Source: Octopus vulgaris (taxonomy: Eukaryota). Taken from it: 64,000 bases of DNA. Shown here one piece after another: positions 1 through 12,575 of the stretch; positions within the stretch are counted from its first letter, which is position 1, and every line of letters starts with the position of its first letter. Location of the stretch: NCBI GenBank assembly GCA_951406725.2, contig OX597831.1, positions 37,014,001-37,078,000 on the forward strand. The letters are read 5' to 3'. Made by a program: the position numbers and the translations under genes. Below the pieces are notes generated by a model that saw only the letters and a program-made list of their open reading frames with translations, did no database searches and was not told the DNA's origin.

Positions 1-95
1 GCCTACGCTCTTCAACAGAACAGAACACAAGGAAATAAACCGAGAAAATAAAATCTTTTGGAGCTAGCGGTCAAATATATATTTTTATATATATA

Positions 96-768
96 ATTAA
101 AATCACAATAAGGGTGAAAAAAATTGAATATTAATTAATAACATCAATTTAAAACACCAAGTGGCCTAGCTTAAGAAAACTGTGATACAGTAAAAATTAT
201 TAATACAAGTAATAAGAGAGAGACCACATGTGGTCACTCTAACGCTAGAAATAGATCCGCAAAGAGAATCCACCACTAAAGAATTGTTCTCGGGCATTAA
301 TTCAACACACCAAGAATGTAAGCGGACAGGACAAATGAAAAATAACGAAAAAATAGATTAACTCTATACAATTGTTTCATCGTTAATAGATTGTGTAATT
401 TTACTTACATAATCATTTTCGAATCCTCAGTAGAGTATATCAAAAATATAATTTGCTGAACCGAACGCCAAAATCCATTCGAAGCCGAGCAAAGGCGAAC
501 GGCACAGCCGATTATATTTGCAGTTACGTTCAAATATCCTAATTGAGGATTCGAAAATGATTATGTAAGTAAAATGACACAATCTATTTACGATGAAACA
601 ATTGTATTGAGTTAATCTATTTTTTCGTTATTTTTCATTTGTCCTGCCCGCTTACATTCTTGGCGTGTTGAATTAATGCTTGAGAACAATTCTTTAGTAG
701 TGGATTCTCTTTGCGGATCTATTTCTAGCGTTAGAGTGACCACACGTGGTCTCTCTCTTATTACTTGT
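96..768. mobile_element. Penelope-like element (PLE) remnant with inverted terminal repeat (arms ~205-429 / 544-768)
   Basis: ~225-bp near-identical inverted arms, flanked by TA-rich repeats, containing a hammerhead motif; inverted pLTR plus hammerhead is the known PLE signature. Confidence 0.7.
361..436 (-). ncRNA. Minimal type-I hammerhead ribozyme motif
   Basis: ACTCTA-CTGAGGA-(stem II TTCG..CGAT)-GAAA-CAATTG-TA-TAGAGT: 6-bp stem I, palindromic stem/loop III, GUA triplet. Confidence 0.75.
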
Positions 769-849
769 GTGTATATATATATATACATATATATAAATAC
801 ATACATATACACACACATACATACATACATGTATATATATATATATACA

Positions 850-885
<36 letters not shown>

Positions 886-1439
886 TGTATGTATGTATGT
901 ATGTATTTATGTATGTATGTATGTATGTATGTGTGTATGTATGTATAGAGTGTTAGGTGTGATGTACAGAAGTTGAATATTGAGAAAAAATGTCGTCAGA
1001 ATTTTGGAAAAAATCCTTTTATTTCATTATTATTATTTGCGCTTTCGTTTCTTTCCAGACCTTGTCAAATAAATTTTTGCGAATGTACAAATAGCTTGTT
1101 CATTTATATATATATATATATGATAGCTTTTTTTTTACCGTTTTGCGTATGTACATATAAATTTGATATAACCACACAAATGGAAATAGGTTTTTGTATA
1201 TGGCATTTTTTAATCCATTATTAATTCTAACATTACCAGTGCCAAAGCCTTCCTTTAATTTCCGAAAATCAGCAAAATTTTTATCCAGCAACATTTCCTT
1301 GTCATTTCATGTTAACTAACCAACACTTCAAAAGGATATCCAACGATGCATCTACAAAGTTCAAAAGTTCACATTTCGAAATTTCGTTTTTTATTTCAAA
1401 AAAATATATGCATTGTGATAATACACAACAGGATTTTTT

Positions 1440-1870
1440 TTTTTTAATTGTTTCTGTCATTAGAATGTGGCCACGCTGGAGCATCGTCCTAAAGAAACTT
1501 TAATCGAATGAATCGACCCCGATACTTATTTTTTTAAAAACCTGATATCTTATTGTATCGTTAAAATTTGCCGAACCGCTAAGTTACGGAAATGTAAACA
1601 CACCAACACCGTTTGTGAAGAGATAGCGGGATGAGCTGTGGGAAAGAAACGCAGTGACAAACTCATTTGCAAACACACACAGACACACACAAACACATAC
1701 GCACACATACGAACGGCTTCTTTCAGTTTCCGTCTATCAAATCCACTCACAAGGCTTAGCACAGCCCAAGGCTATAGTAGAAGAAAACTTTCCCAAACGG
1801 GGTCACACAGTAGGACTGAACCAGGAAACAAGAGGTTGGAAAAGAAGCTTCTTACCACACAGCCATGCTT
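1440..1870 (-). mobile_element. tRNA-derived CORE-like SINE (family 1: head + TA/TG microsatellite + tail)
   Basis: Reverse complement of the copy at 11269-11680. Confidence 0.8.
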
Positions 1871-2136
1871 TCAGCATTTTCTAAACAAAAAATCAAGATT
1901 ATTACAAAATTCTTTAAAATATCCTTTTATAACGTAACAGAAACATATTTAGCCCATATAACCAGTAACATTAAGCGAAGTAACTATCACATAACCATCA
2001 AATAATATTCATCAGTTATATGAAGTTATTAAAATTAATATTATTCAGACATTTTCATTGCCTTTTCGATACATACTAAAATAACACGTTCTATATATAA
2101 TTGTCCACAGACAGGGAAGTGGAACCTGGAGTGATG

Positions 2137-2189
<53 letters not shown>

Positions 2190-2575
2190 CATAGATACAT
2201 ACATACATACATATACATATATATATATATATATACATAAATATGTATATATACATATATATATATATTTGTGTATATATGTGTATATATAAATATATAC
2301 ACATACATATATATATATATATGTATAATATGTATATATATATGTGTGGGTCTTATGTATGTGTATTTATAATGTGTTTACATATGCATATATATATATA
2401 TATATGTGTGTGTGTGTATACTTATATATATCTTTTGAGAAACGCACATGCACACATATGTATACATTCTTATATAAGTATATATATATATATATATCTG
2501 TGTATGTATGTGTGTATGTGCATCTGTGTATTTTCCTGTGTGTAATGTTGTTTGTTTAACCTTCTTTTATCTAAT

Positions 2576-2930
2576 GTTCCTAATTGGCTCCGTCTCCTAA
2601 GGGAGTTCTGATATCGAGGAAAGTTTGTTAATATTCATGAACTGTCTATTTGTGATGTCACTTATATGTATGCTAACGACGTGTTCGGTTTAGTTGACAA
2701 ATATACATATTTAAAAAAAAAATTATTGAGTTTATTTAAATATGACGTGTTGCCCTAGATACCAACCTGCTTTGAATTATGATGTTTATAGACAGAGTTT
2801 GCACTTTTTTTTTGTCTCAAACTCAAATCATTATAATATGAACGTTCTGTGGTAATTTCAAGATATTTTTAACGATGTGTGTTGTGAATATAAATTTATT
2901 TCATTATTTAAACTTTACGATGAATTTTAG
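2576..2930 (+). repeat. Old local duplication, copy 1a (homologous to ~13219-13590)
   Basis: Shared blocks GTTCCTAATTGGCT, AAATATGAC..TTGCC.TAG.TACCAA.CTGCTTTGAATTATGA and TGAATATAAATT in the same order. Confidence 0.75.
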
Positions 2931-3084
2931 ATGAATAACACGAAAAAGAAAATGTTTTAAATGATTCATTTTAGAACCTCTAAAATATGTAAATAATAAT
3001 ATTAATCATGATGATGACTATATTGATGCTAACAACAACAACAATAACAACAACAACAATAATAAAAATAATGACGGCAATAAT

Positions 3085-3629
3085 CGTTGAAGGTAAAATT
3101 GTTCCTATCCTCTGGAATTTTTCAGTCAACAGCGGCAGAACGATCCAGATTAATCGACCAGACATAGGCATTAAAGACAGAGAAGAAAATACTTTTAGAT
3201 TAATAGATGTAAGCGTTCTCACAGATAAAAATCTATCTGTAAAGGAATTTGACAAATTAAGTAAATATAAGGTCCTCTAAACTGAAATACACAAGATGTA
3301 GCATATTAAAGCAAGAATTGTTCCTGTTATTGTTGGTGCTCCATGTATGATAAAGAAGGAATATCAGAAACATCTAGATAACATCCCAGGAGAACCATGT
3401 CTGAGTGAAATTTAAAAGATTGTGCTGACACATACTGCCTACATCCTTATACAAGCTCAGTCCATTTAAATGTCTGTGTCTTATTACATGAAGATATTTC
3501 GCTACTGCCCCCTGCCACTTCCCCTCCCCAAGATATCAGTCATGCTATAACATCTCTTATCCTTTACTCGCCTTAGGACGCTGGGTGTGTCTTGGTAAGT
3601 GATTGTATCGAACATGCAGATTAAAAGTA

Positions 3630-3630
<1 letters not shown>
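3085..3630 (+). mobile_element. R4/Dong-clade non-LTR retrotransposon, 3' fragment (restriction-like endonuclease)
   Basis: ILWNFSVNSGRTIQINRPDIGIKDREENTFRLIDVSV..KLSKYK..IVPVIVGA with stops; followed by (TAA)n. Confidence 0.85.
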
Positions 3631-3692
<62 letters not shown>

Positions 3693-3926
3693 TATGATTA
3701 TTATTATTAGTTCTACTACTGATTCAAAGCCTAAACATTTAGAGGAAGAGGCATAATCAATCACATCGACCCCAGTGATCAATTGGTACTTATTTTATCG
3801 ACCTCGGTGGTATTTTAACTCAGAACGTAAAGAGTCGGAAAACATGCCACTAAGCATCTTGTCCGGCGTACTAGTGATTCTGCCAACTCAATGTCTGATG
3901 ATGGTGTGGATGATGATGATGATAAC

Positions 3927-3965
<39 letters not shown>

Positions 3966-3969
3966 AATC

Positions 3970-4185
3970 ATCTTTTCTACTAAAGACACAAGGCCTGAAA
4001 TTTTGGAGGAGGGCACTAGTCAGTTCCGTCGAAAGCAGTGCTTCACTGGTACTTAATTTATCAACCACGAAAGGATGGAAAGCAAAGTCAACCTCGGCGG
4101 AATTTGAATTCAGAACGTAGCGACGGGCGAAATACCGCTAAGCATTTCGCCCGGAGAGTTAACGATTCTGCAAGCCCGCCGCCTG
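3970..4185 (-). mobile_element. tRNA-derived Nin/Deu-domain-like SINE (family 2, tail B); older copy at 3710-3890
   Basis: Reverse complement of GGCGG..GCAGAATCGTTA..TTCAAATTCCGCCGAGG..TCCATCCTTTCG..GATAAATTAAGTACCAG. Confidence 0.8.
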
Positions 4186-4375
4186 ATAATGATGATGATG
4201 AGGAGGAGGATGAAGAAGGAGAAGAAGAAAGAAGAAGAAGAAGAAGAAGAAGGAGGATAAGAAGAAGAAAACAAAGAAGATGCAAAAGACGATGAAGAAT
4301 CATTATGATAAGGATGGTATGTGAATTTGATAATAGTAATGATGATATAGATGTTGTCGTTGATGATGTTGTTGT

Positions 4376-4442
<67 letters not shown>

Positions 4443-4544
4443 CATGATGATGATGTTGGTGATAATGATGATGCTGATGTTGGTGATGTTGATGATGATG
4501 ATGATTATGACGACGACGACGATGATGATGATGATGATAACAGA

Positions 4545-4720
4545 GAATTAAAAATAATAATATCCCGATAGTTTATTTTGATAAAAGTGACAACAATGTA
4601 AACAACTTTGGTAAGAATTTGAAAATCCGAAGTATTTGAATTATAGCATATAGTCTGCAACAGTACCAAGTCAGAGATTTGCAGAAGACTAAATAAAGAC
4701 GCAAAAATACTCACACATAC
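4545..4720 (+). repeat. Old local duplication, copy 1b (homologous to ~13645-13850)
   Basis: ATATCCCGATA..TTTTGATAAA..TGTAAACAAC.TTG|GTAAGA shared with 13666-13720. Confidence 0.75.
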
Positions 4721-5160
4721 ACATTTTTTTCCATCATTTTTGAAAAATTACTTTTTAATTTCTATGTCATTTTTATAAATTATTTTATAGTACCTGATAA
4801 ATTGAATTATTATATATCTCTAAATATTTTGCAAGACAAACAGTCTAGTTTGGCTTATTAGAAGAAATTTTGCGTAGCATGCTGGTATTCTACAAAAGGA
4901 ACTGCAAACTAATCTAGCTGCTGATGCAGCTTTGCAGTTTCCGTATGGGATTCCAATGAAATATTTTGCCCCGCGGTCTTATTCTCCCCAGAAGACATAT
5001 TTCCTTCATTGATTAGCCAATTATACTCCTCGCTGCCATAGAAGCAAACTACGTATGCGATCAAGAAAATTTGCTCATCTTCCACGCACGCATAACACAC
5101 ACACATATATACACACATACAAACATATATGTACATACATACATACATACATACATACAT

Positions 5161-5253
<93 letters not shown>

Positions 5254-5259
5254 ATAATA

Positions 5260-5888
5260 TAGGGTGAAATCAATTGATTTGGAGTAATCATTAATTTCAC
5301 CAAGTAGATTTCGGCATGTAAAAGCCCCATTCGAGGAAGGTTTAAGTAATACTAAGTAATTAAGGGCTTAGCAACGATTTGCCTCTCCACACACCGAATT
5401 TAGAAATAGCAGTCAAAGAGTTATGGCTATTCTTTCTACTTAAAAGAGAGATCTCAGTAAAACCACAGCACTTAAAAGGCAAACAACGCAGGTAAAAGAG
5501 AAAGAAATGACGACAATCATTCTATATTAAGTCACCTACGGACGTAGTTTCGAAATTAAGTCATAGGAAAGCATAAAAATTAAATAATTATGTCTTACCC
5601 GACTACTTTTCTCCTCAGCGTAGGACTCTTCAATTATGAATAATTGTGTATTAAATTTGGAGGCACTAGAAGACATCACCTCAACTCATGGTATCAGAGC
5701 GAGCGTAAGCCGTGACCAGTACCACTAAATTCAAAGTGACCAGTACCGCCAAATTTCTTTCTCTTTTACCTGCGTTGTTTGCCTTTTAAGTGCTGTGGTT
5801 TACTGAGATCTCTCTTTTAAGTAGAAAGAATAGCCATAACTCTTTGACTGCTATTTCTAAATTCGGTGTGTGGTGAGGCAAATCGTTG

Positions 5889-5891
<3 letters not shown>
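5260..5891. mobile_element. PLE remnant with inverted arms 5369-5508 / 5753-5891
   Basis: ~140-bp almost perfect inverted repeat in (TA)n; hammerhead in the spacer; related fragment at ~11175-11235. Confidence 0.75.
5535..5624 (-). ncRNA. Type-I hammerhead ribozyme motif with intact core
   Basis: CCTACG-CTGAGGA-GAAAAGTAGTC..GACTTAATTTC-GAAA-C-TAC-G-TC-CGTAGG: 6-bp stem I, G-C closed stem II, GUC triplet. Confidence 0.85.
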
Positions 5892-5957
<66 letters not shown>

Positions 5958-6003
5958 AGTATATATATATATGTATATATATGTATGTATATATTTATAT
6001 ATA

Positions 6004-6395
6004 GGTGCAGGAGTGGCTGTGTGGTAAGTAGCTTGCTTACCAACCACATAGTTCCGGATTCAATCCCGCTGAAGTGACTTCTACTATAGCCACGGGCCGA
6101 CCAAAACCTTGTGAGTAGGTTTGGTAGACGGAAACTGAAAGAAGCCCGTCGTATATATATATATACTCAAAATAAGCAACAAGAATGATTCCGGTAATTT
6201 GGTACGATCGTTTCGTACGACATCATTTTAATAAAATGATGTAGTACGAAACGATAGTACCAAATTACCGGAGTCATTCTTGTTGCTTATTTTGATTATA
6301 ATCACCCCACGGATTTATATGGATAACACCATACAGTATTCTGGTGCATCTAAATTAAGTACCATATTCATTTGAATCTAAATTTTTGCTGAACT

Positions 6396-6426
<31 letters not shown>

Positions 6427-6650
6427 GTAAGTAAATGTATATGTTTGTGTATCTGTGTTTGTTCCCCCACCATCGCTTGACAACGGTTGTTGGAGTGGAT
6501 AAGTTCCCGTAACCTAGTGGTTCGGCAAAACAGACCGATAGATCGAGTACTAGGCTTACAAAGAATACGTTTTGAGGTCGATTTGTTCGACTAAAGGCTG
6601 TGCTCCAGCATGGCCGCAGTCAAATGACTGAAGCAAATAAAAGAATAGAA

Positions 6651-6652
<2 letters not shown>
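6004..6652 (+). mobile_element. Family-1 SINE interrupted in its TA tract by a PLE foldback remnant (~6166-6396)
   Basis: Head 6004-6151; tail resumes ~6440-6652. Confidence 0.8.
6167..6295. repeat. 64-bp-arm palindrome carrying the 3' half of a hammerhead (GAAA-CGATCG-TA)
   Basis: Arms meet at 6231 with about 3 differences. Confidence 0.9.
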
Positions 6653-6719
<67 letters not shown>

Positions 6720-6723
<4 letters not shown>

Positions 6724-7900
6724 GTATGATCAATAAGTATTCGGACTATTGCCATAGACGACTGGATTACAGGATTAGAGGCTGAAGAAATCAAGGAAAG
6801 AATAAATGAAATTGAGACGGAAGAAAGAGAAATAACAGTTGCAGCATGTGGTAAGAGATGGAGAAGATGACAAAGAAGGGAAATCACTTAGTGTTTGAGA
6901 TTACAGATGAAATAAATAGTGAAGATGACCTAATGGGACAAGTGATAGTAACTGCTGCAGAAGACTTGAATGACGAAGAGGGGATTCTAGAAACGCTGTG
7001 AGGTAAAATATGTGATGGGAACAATTAAGTACCGCCAAATGTAAGAGGGAAAATATGGAGAGCCACAATCTGTAATTGACGTTTTGGGCTTGATAGAACA
7101 GAAAACAGTGAAACAAACCAGCTGCTGCTAATGCTTGTTTATTTGTTTGTTGAGCGAAGCGGTCTTCCTCCCAGAGCTCGCAAGATGGGAGAAGTCCGAA
7201 ACGTGGTCCTTTGTTATTCGTATGACCCGCAGAAGAGAAAGCAGGTCAACCCCCGACACCGAGAGCATCGACGGATGGATGAACGTGCATCCAGGCTCAG
7301 CGGTTGCGTAGGAAGTCGGGGGATAAGAAACAGGAAGAAAGAGTGAGAGAAAGTTGGAGCGAAAGAGTACAACAGGGATCACCACCACCCCCTGCCGGGG
7401 CTTCGTGGAGCTTTAGGTGTTTTCGCCCAATAAACACACACACATTGCCCGGTCTGGGAATCGAAACCGCGATCCTCCGACCGCGAGTCCGCTGCCCTAA
7501 CCACTGGGCAATTGCACCTCCACTGCTGCTAATGCTGTGACTGACGTAGTGGGATCAAGTGGAAAACTGAAGAAATGAAAGGGAATGAAAATAAAGAACA
7601 AAACTGGAGGAAGAGAATACGAATGACGGAACCGGGGCAATTGAATTGGATAATGAGAGGAAAGCTCAAGAATGAGGTAGTAATCATTGAATTGAAAGGA
7701 TGAATGGACCGTATAGTTTGAAGAAAGGAGAAAGCAAGCAGTACATGAAGAATTATCACAAAGGTGTTAGCGTAAAAGACCAGATTGAAATTTTGTGATG
7801 CTAGATGGAAAGGTTTTGAACAGAATAGACTCTTCCAATCAAATAGGTGCCGTTTTGAGGAAATAGTGTGGGACGAATATCAGGAACTGATTCTTGATGC
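6720..7900 (-). pseudogene. Highly decayed LINE reverse-transcriptase fragment (L2/CR1/Jockey-like)
   Basis: Minus-strand FNCPGSVIRILFL resembles SGVPQGSV.PxLF and SILFKTF resembles SxLSKxFE; split by the SINE at 7136-7522. Confidence 0.4.
7136..7522 (-). mobile_element. Full-length tRNA-derived SINE (family 3) with 14-bp TSD
   Basis: A box TTGCCCAGTGG, B box GGTTTCGATTCCC, (CAAA)n-like tail; CTGCTGCTAATGCT at 7122-7135 and 7523-7536. Confidence 0.9.
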
Positions 7901-8114
7901 CGAAGAAAGTAAAATTGTTGCTATCCATCTTATTATTCATGTGACAAAGCTTTAGTTTCTTTGTTAGAAAGCAGATCTTGCTGTCCAAAAAAACAAACAA
8001 AAAAAACTAAGAAACGAAAACTAGAGAAGGTGAAAGTCATACATACATACATACATACTTACATACATACATACATACATACATACGTACATACATACAT
8101 ACATACATACATAT

Positions 8115-8535
8115 AGGCGCAGGCGTGGCTGTGTAGTAAGAAGCTTGCTTCTGGGTTCAGTTCCACTGTATGACACATTGGACAAGTGGCTTCTATCTAG
8201 CTTGAGGCCATCCCAAACCTTGTGAGTGGATTTGGTAGACGGAAACTTAAAGAAGCCTAATCTATATATGTATGCATCTATATATGTGTGTGTATGTGTG
8301 TGTGTGTATGTGTGTGTGTGTTTGTGTTTGTCCCCTGCCATCGCTTGAAAACTGGTGCTAGTTTGTTTAAACCCCTGTAAGCTAACGGCTCGGCAAAAGA
8401 GACCGATATAATAAGCATTATGCTTTAAAACATAAACCGTGTGGTCGATTCATTCGACTAAAAATTCTTGAAGGCGTTGCTGCAGCATGGCCGCAAGTCT
8501 AGTGATTGTAACAAGCGAAAGACAAAAGATAAAAG
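8115..8535 (+). mobile_element. Family-1 SINE
   Basis: Similarity to 11269-11680. Confidence 0.8.
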
Positions 8536-9150
8536 ACTTTTGCTGAAAGAGATTGCGCGCGCGCGCGCGACAGTGAGCGAGAGAGAGAGAGAGAGAGAGA
8601 AAGTGTGTGTACATGAAAGCGAGAAAGTTTGTGAGAGAATGGTTGCTAGATATATGAATCACATGCAACTGGCAGCCATTTGGCCAAAAATAGGCTCGAT
8701 CTAAGCCAATTCTGCTTACATAAGCACCAGTTGTTAGAATATAATCATAAAACATGGAATCTTAATACAAATAGATATATTTCGTGTCACTCTGTCTTCG
8801 TGTGTATTTATAGTCTACGTGCAAATTATTATTATTCCTGCCTCCATTCAAGATATTTGGCATAACGACCCTCCCGAGATACAGCAAAATGTTCCAATCG
8901 TTATTGGTTCCCGATTTAAACTGTGAACATTTAGCTGATTCAAAACTGGCAATGCGGTTAAGACTGCTCTGTTGCTATGGTATTTGCGCATTGATGATGT
9001 AACATGCTGATGAAAATATAGGAAAATGGATTCAAGAATATTACATCATGAGTTCCTTTCACGAGTTACATATTCTTATAATTGACACACACACGTATAC
9101 ATATATTCATTGAAGGATACATACATACATAAATACACGCACACAGACTC

Positions 9151-9181
<31 letters not shown>

Positions 9182-9195
9182 TATATATGTAGATA

Positions 9196-9747
9196 TTAGG
9201 TTATCCGCAAAGTTCGTGCCGACTTTTAAAGGAAAGAAAAAGGTCAATGAATACTTGCCATTACATTTTTAATCAACCAAATATGAACCATTTTGTTGCA
9301 CAATACATCTCCATCTTTCCTTTAACTTGAAAATACCCTCTTCCCAGAATTGAGGTGGTTTAATGGCAAAGAATTCATCAAGGTATCTTTTTACGTCATC
9401 CAAGGAATTGAAACTTTTACCATTACGACTATTCTGCAGAGACCTGAATAAGTAGAAATCCGAAGGAGCAATATCTGGTGAATATGGAGGGTGTGGTAAC
9501 ACCTCCCAGCCGAGCTGCAGCAATTTTTGTCTGGTTCCCAAAGCATCAAGTGCCGAGCATGAACTTTCTTATCTTCTATTTTAAAGTGTTACAGAATTAA
9601 CACAGGTTATAGGAACATAAACCTTCTTCCACGAAGATAGCTTAAACTGTGCTCTAAATGGAGGTGTAGTCAAATCCTATTTTATGTTCTAAAATAAGTC
9701 GAAATGTAAGCTACTATAAATCGGTACGAACTTTCCGGAAAACTCAA
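9196..9747 (-). mobile_element. Internally deleted mariner transposon
   Basis: TA-flanked TIRs (TTAGGTTATCCGCAAAGTTCGTGCCGA / TCGGTACGAACTTTCCGGAAAACTCAA); C-terminal HPPYSPDIAPSDFYLF; N-terminal EDKKVHARHLMLW joined directly to it near 9540. Confidence 0.9.
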
Positions 9748-9769
9748 TACTACTTGGAGGCAAGAATAT

Positions 9770-10112
9770 CAAGTGGCTACGAAACAAAGGGCCGTAGAGA
9801 GATCCCAGTGCGAGAACATATCTCAAAGGCGTAAATTCGAGGACGGAGCTGAGTGAACTATTTGATCGCAGAATGTCTGCTGGGCCAGACATGTCGCAAG
9901 GTTCACTGAGAACTGGTTGACTCGTTCAGTTGTTGGCTGGTATCCAAACGATCGCGAAAGGCCACTCGGAAGGCCTCCACGCAGATTAAAAGACGATTTA
10001 GTTAAACAATTTGGGCCAAGATGAAAACCAGTGACGCAATCACGAAAGAACTAGAGGCATCTTGTGACCAGGGATGTATAACATCATCTGAAAGTTTGGT
10101 CGACATACTGAT
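9770..10112 (+). mobile_element. RTE-clade LINE 3' fragment
   Basis: CWARHVARFTENWLTRSVVGWYPNDRERPLGRPPRR matches the RTE C-terminal WAGHVAR..W.P..RP.GRP..RW pattern. Confidence 0.75.
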
Positions 10113-10239
10113 ACACACACACACACACACACACACACATAGTACATACATACTTATCAATCTTTATTTCTTACAGAATGGGAATGTATTCTAAGAACAC
10201 CGTAATACCGTAGTAATCGTCTCGAGAAAGCATCAGGTA

Positions 10240-10324
10240 TAGTCGCTTAGTACTTAAAGGCACAGAAAATCAGCGGCATACAACTAGACGCTGATTTTCT
10301 GTGCCTTTAAGTACTAAGCGACTA
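10240..10324. repeat. Perfect 36-bp-arm hairpin with 13-nt loop at the edge of an AT-rich PLE-like remnant
   Basis: TAGTCGCTTAGTACTTAAAGGCACAGAAAATCAGCG and its exact reverse complement. Confidence 0.9.
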
Positions 10325-10695
10325 ATTAATTTATTAGGTTTTTATTATATGTGCATATATATTTATTTATAGAGATTATTTTAGATCTTAATTATAATAT
10401 TTATATACATTTATATATTTTCATTGATAATTTATATATAATAGTCATTTAAAAAAAAATATTTATGTAATTAGATATAAACTATTACCAATATTAGATT
10501 ATTGGTGGCTTTCCTACCTTATAAATTAAAATTAATATTTAACATTATAATCGATTTTGATATAATCATAATTCATAATTGTTACGTTTTAAGTTTCTAG
10601 TTTGATAATAGAGTTTATTATAAGTAAAATTATTATATTATTTATATCTTAAAAATATTGTTTAAATATTTCTGATTATTTAAAAAAAATTTCAA

Positions 10696-10792
10696 TTAAC
10701 CTGAAGATTGACTGTAACCATAACTCGAATTATTAATTGAATTTAAATTATTGTTATTCGAATTGGAACAGCCATGAAACGATCGTAGTGTT
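10696..10792 (+). ncRNA. Hammerhead motif with decayed stem I
   Basis: CTGAAGA-TTGACTGT..ACAGCCAT-GAAA-CGATCG-TA-GT. Confidence 0.65.
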
Positions 10793-11100
10793 TTACTCTT
10801 TATCTTTTATTAAACTTTTAATACTTTTGATATTTAAAAAAATAAAAAATAATAAATAAATAAATAAATAAATAAATTAATAAATGAAATAAAATATGAA
10901 TATAAAAATATACATACATACATATATATATATATATATTTGTATACATATATAAAATTTATAAGTTTAAATTATTTAAATCATTTTTTATTTTTAACTT
11001 TTATATTTCAAAATTAATTTTATGTATTGGCTTATGTTTTGCACTGTTTGATTTGCCTAATACTGGTTTTATCTCTAATTTAATATAATATATATATATA

Positions 11101-11166
<66 letters not shown>

Positions 11167-11230
11167 AATAATGAATAATTTCTAAATTCGGTATGTGGTA
11201 AGGCAATTCGTTGCCAAACCCTTTATTGCT

Positions 11231-11268
<38 letters not shown>

Positions 11269-11271
<3 letters not shown>

Positions 11272-11680
11272 CGTAGGAGTGGCTGTGTGGTAATTAGCTT
11301 GCTGACCAACCACATGGTTCCGGGTTCAGTCCCACTGCGTGGCATCTTGGGCAAGTGTCTTCTACTATAGCCTCGGGCCGACCAAAGCCTTGTGAGTGGA
11401 TTTGGTAGACGGAAACTGAAAGAAGCCCGTCGTATATATGTATATATATATGTGTGAGTGTATGTTTGTGTGTCTGTGTTTGCCCCCTAGCATTGCTTGA
11501 CAACCGATGCTGGTGTGTTTACGTCGCCGTCACTTAGCGGTTCGGCAAAATAGACCGATAAAATAAGTACTGGGCTTACAAAGAATAAGTCACGGGGTCG
11601 ATTTGTTCGACTAAGGGCGGTGCTCCAGCATGGCCAGTCAAATGACTGAAACAAGTAAAAGTGTAAAAGAGTAAAAGAGT
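11269..11680 (+). mobile_element. Full-length family-1 SINE (reference copy)
   Basis: A box TGGCTGTGTGG, B box GGGTTCAGTCCC, CORE-like TCTTGGGCAAGTG, internal (TA)(TG) tract, tail CCAGCATGGCC..GACTGAAACAAGTAAAAG. Other copies or fragments near 18320, 21985, 36745(-), 37950, 42350, 44050(-), 44620(-), 54260(-), 61047. Confidence 0.9.
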
Positions 11681-12412
11681 ATATATTAATATTTTAAAGT
11701 TTCTCTAATCAACGGCCGCATTCGTCCTATTTTTCTGGACTACTACGTTAGCTTGGCGATAACTATTAATATATATATATATATGTATGTATCTATGTAT
11801 CTATGTATGTATATGTAAGCCTTGCATTATTTCGTCCGTCTTTACGTTCTAAGTTGAAATTCTGTCGAGGTCAACTTTGCCTTTGGTCCTTTCGACCGGG
11901 ATGAAATAAGCACCGGTTGAGTACTGGGTTTTATGGTGTCGACTTGCTCCATCCTCCGAAATTGCTGGTCTTGTGCTATAATTTGAAACCAATATACATA
12001 TATAAACCAATATATATATATATAAGCCTATATATATATATATGGCAGCCATTCTGTTGCCATCGGCCGCTTATTCAAAATGTGTCTCCGCACCGAAAAG
12101 GTAATTATTTTTCCACGCTTGCTGATATTGTTTTTGTGTCTTCTTTTGTCTCAAAGCCGTAGGGCGCCTGTGTCATCCATGTTTTTAACCGTTACTGTCT
12201 CCCAAAAAGTTTTTTTTGTTTCAGGTTCGTCTCTGTTGCGTTGCATTCTTTCCTTCTGGGGCTGGCCGATTCAGAGCGGATCTCAGAATTAAACAGCCGA
12301 AATCTGCGATGAGGAATCGGTTTCTGACTGAAGAACGAAGGCTTTGAATGACCCCTCTGTCTCTTATGTTCGCCCCTTCGTGTATTTCACGTTATTTATT
12401 TATGTAAATGTT

Positions 12413-12474
<62 letters not shown>

Positions 12475-12525
12475 ATATATATATATATAAGTATGTATGT
12501 ATATATATATATATGAGTGTGTGTG

Positions 12526-12575
<50 letters not shown>

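Noticed and set aside
4305-4571. Other poly-Asp ORFs (also near 21130-21600 and 35762-36427)
   Set aside because: Plain degenerate (GAT)n with no higher-order structure or gene signals
4898-4942. Bulged hairpin GGAACTGCAAA..AGCTGC-TGAT-GCAGCT-TTGCAGTTTCC as a pre-miRNA or ribozyme
   Set aside because: Stem too short with a large bulge; no hammerhead core; no recognisable mature miRNA
7440-7522. tRNA-like sequences here and near 16450, 34050, 38250 and 42929 as tRNA genes
   Set aside because: No complete cloverleaf; they continue into SINE bodies
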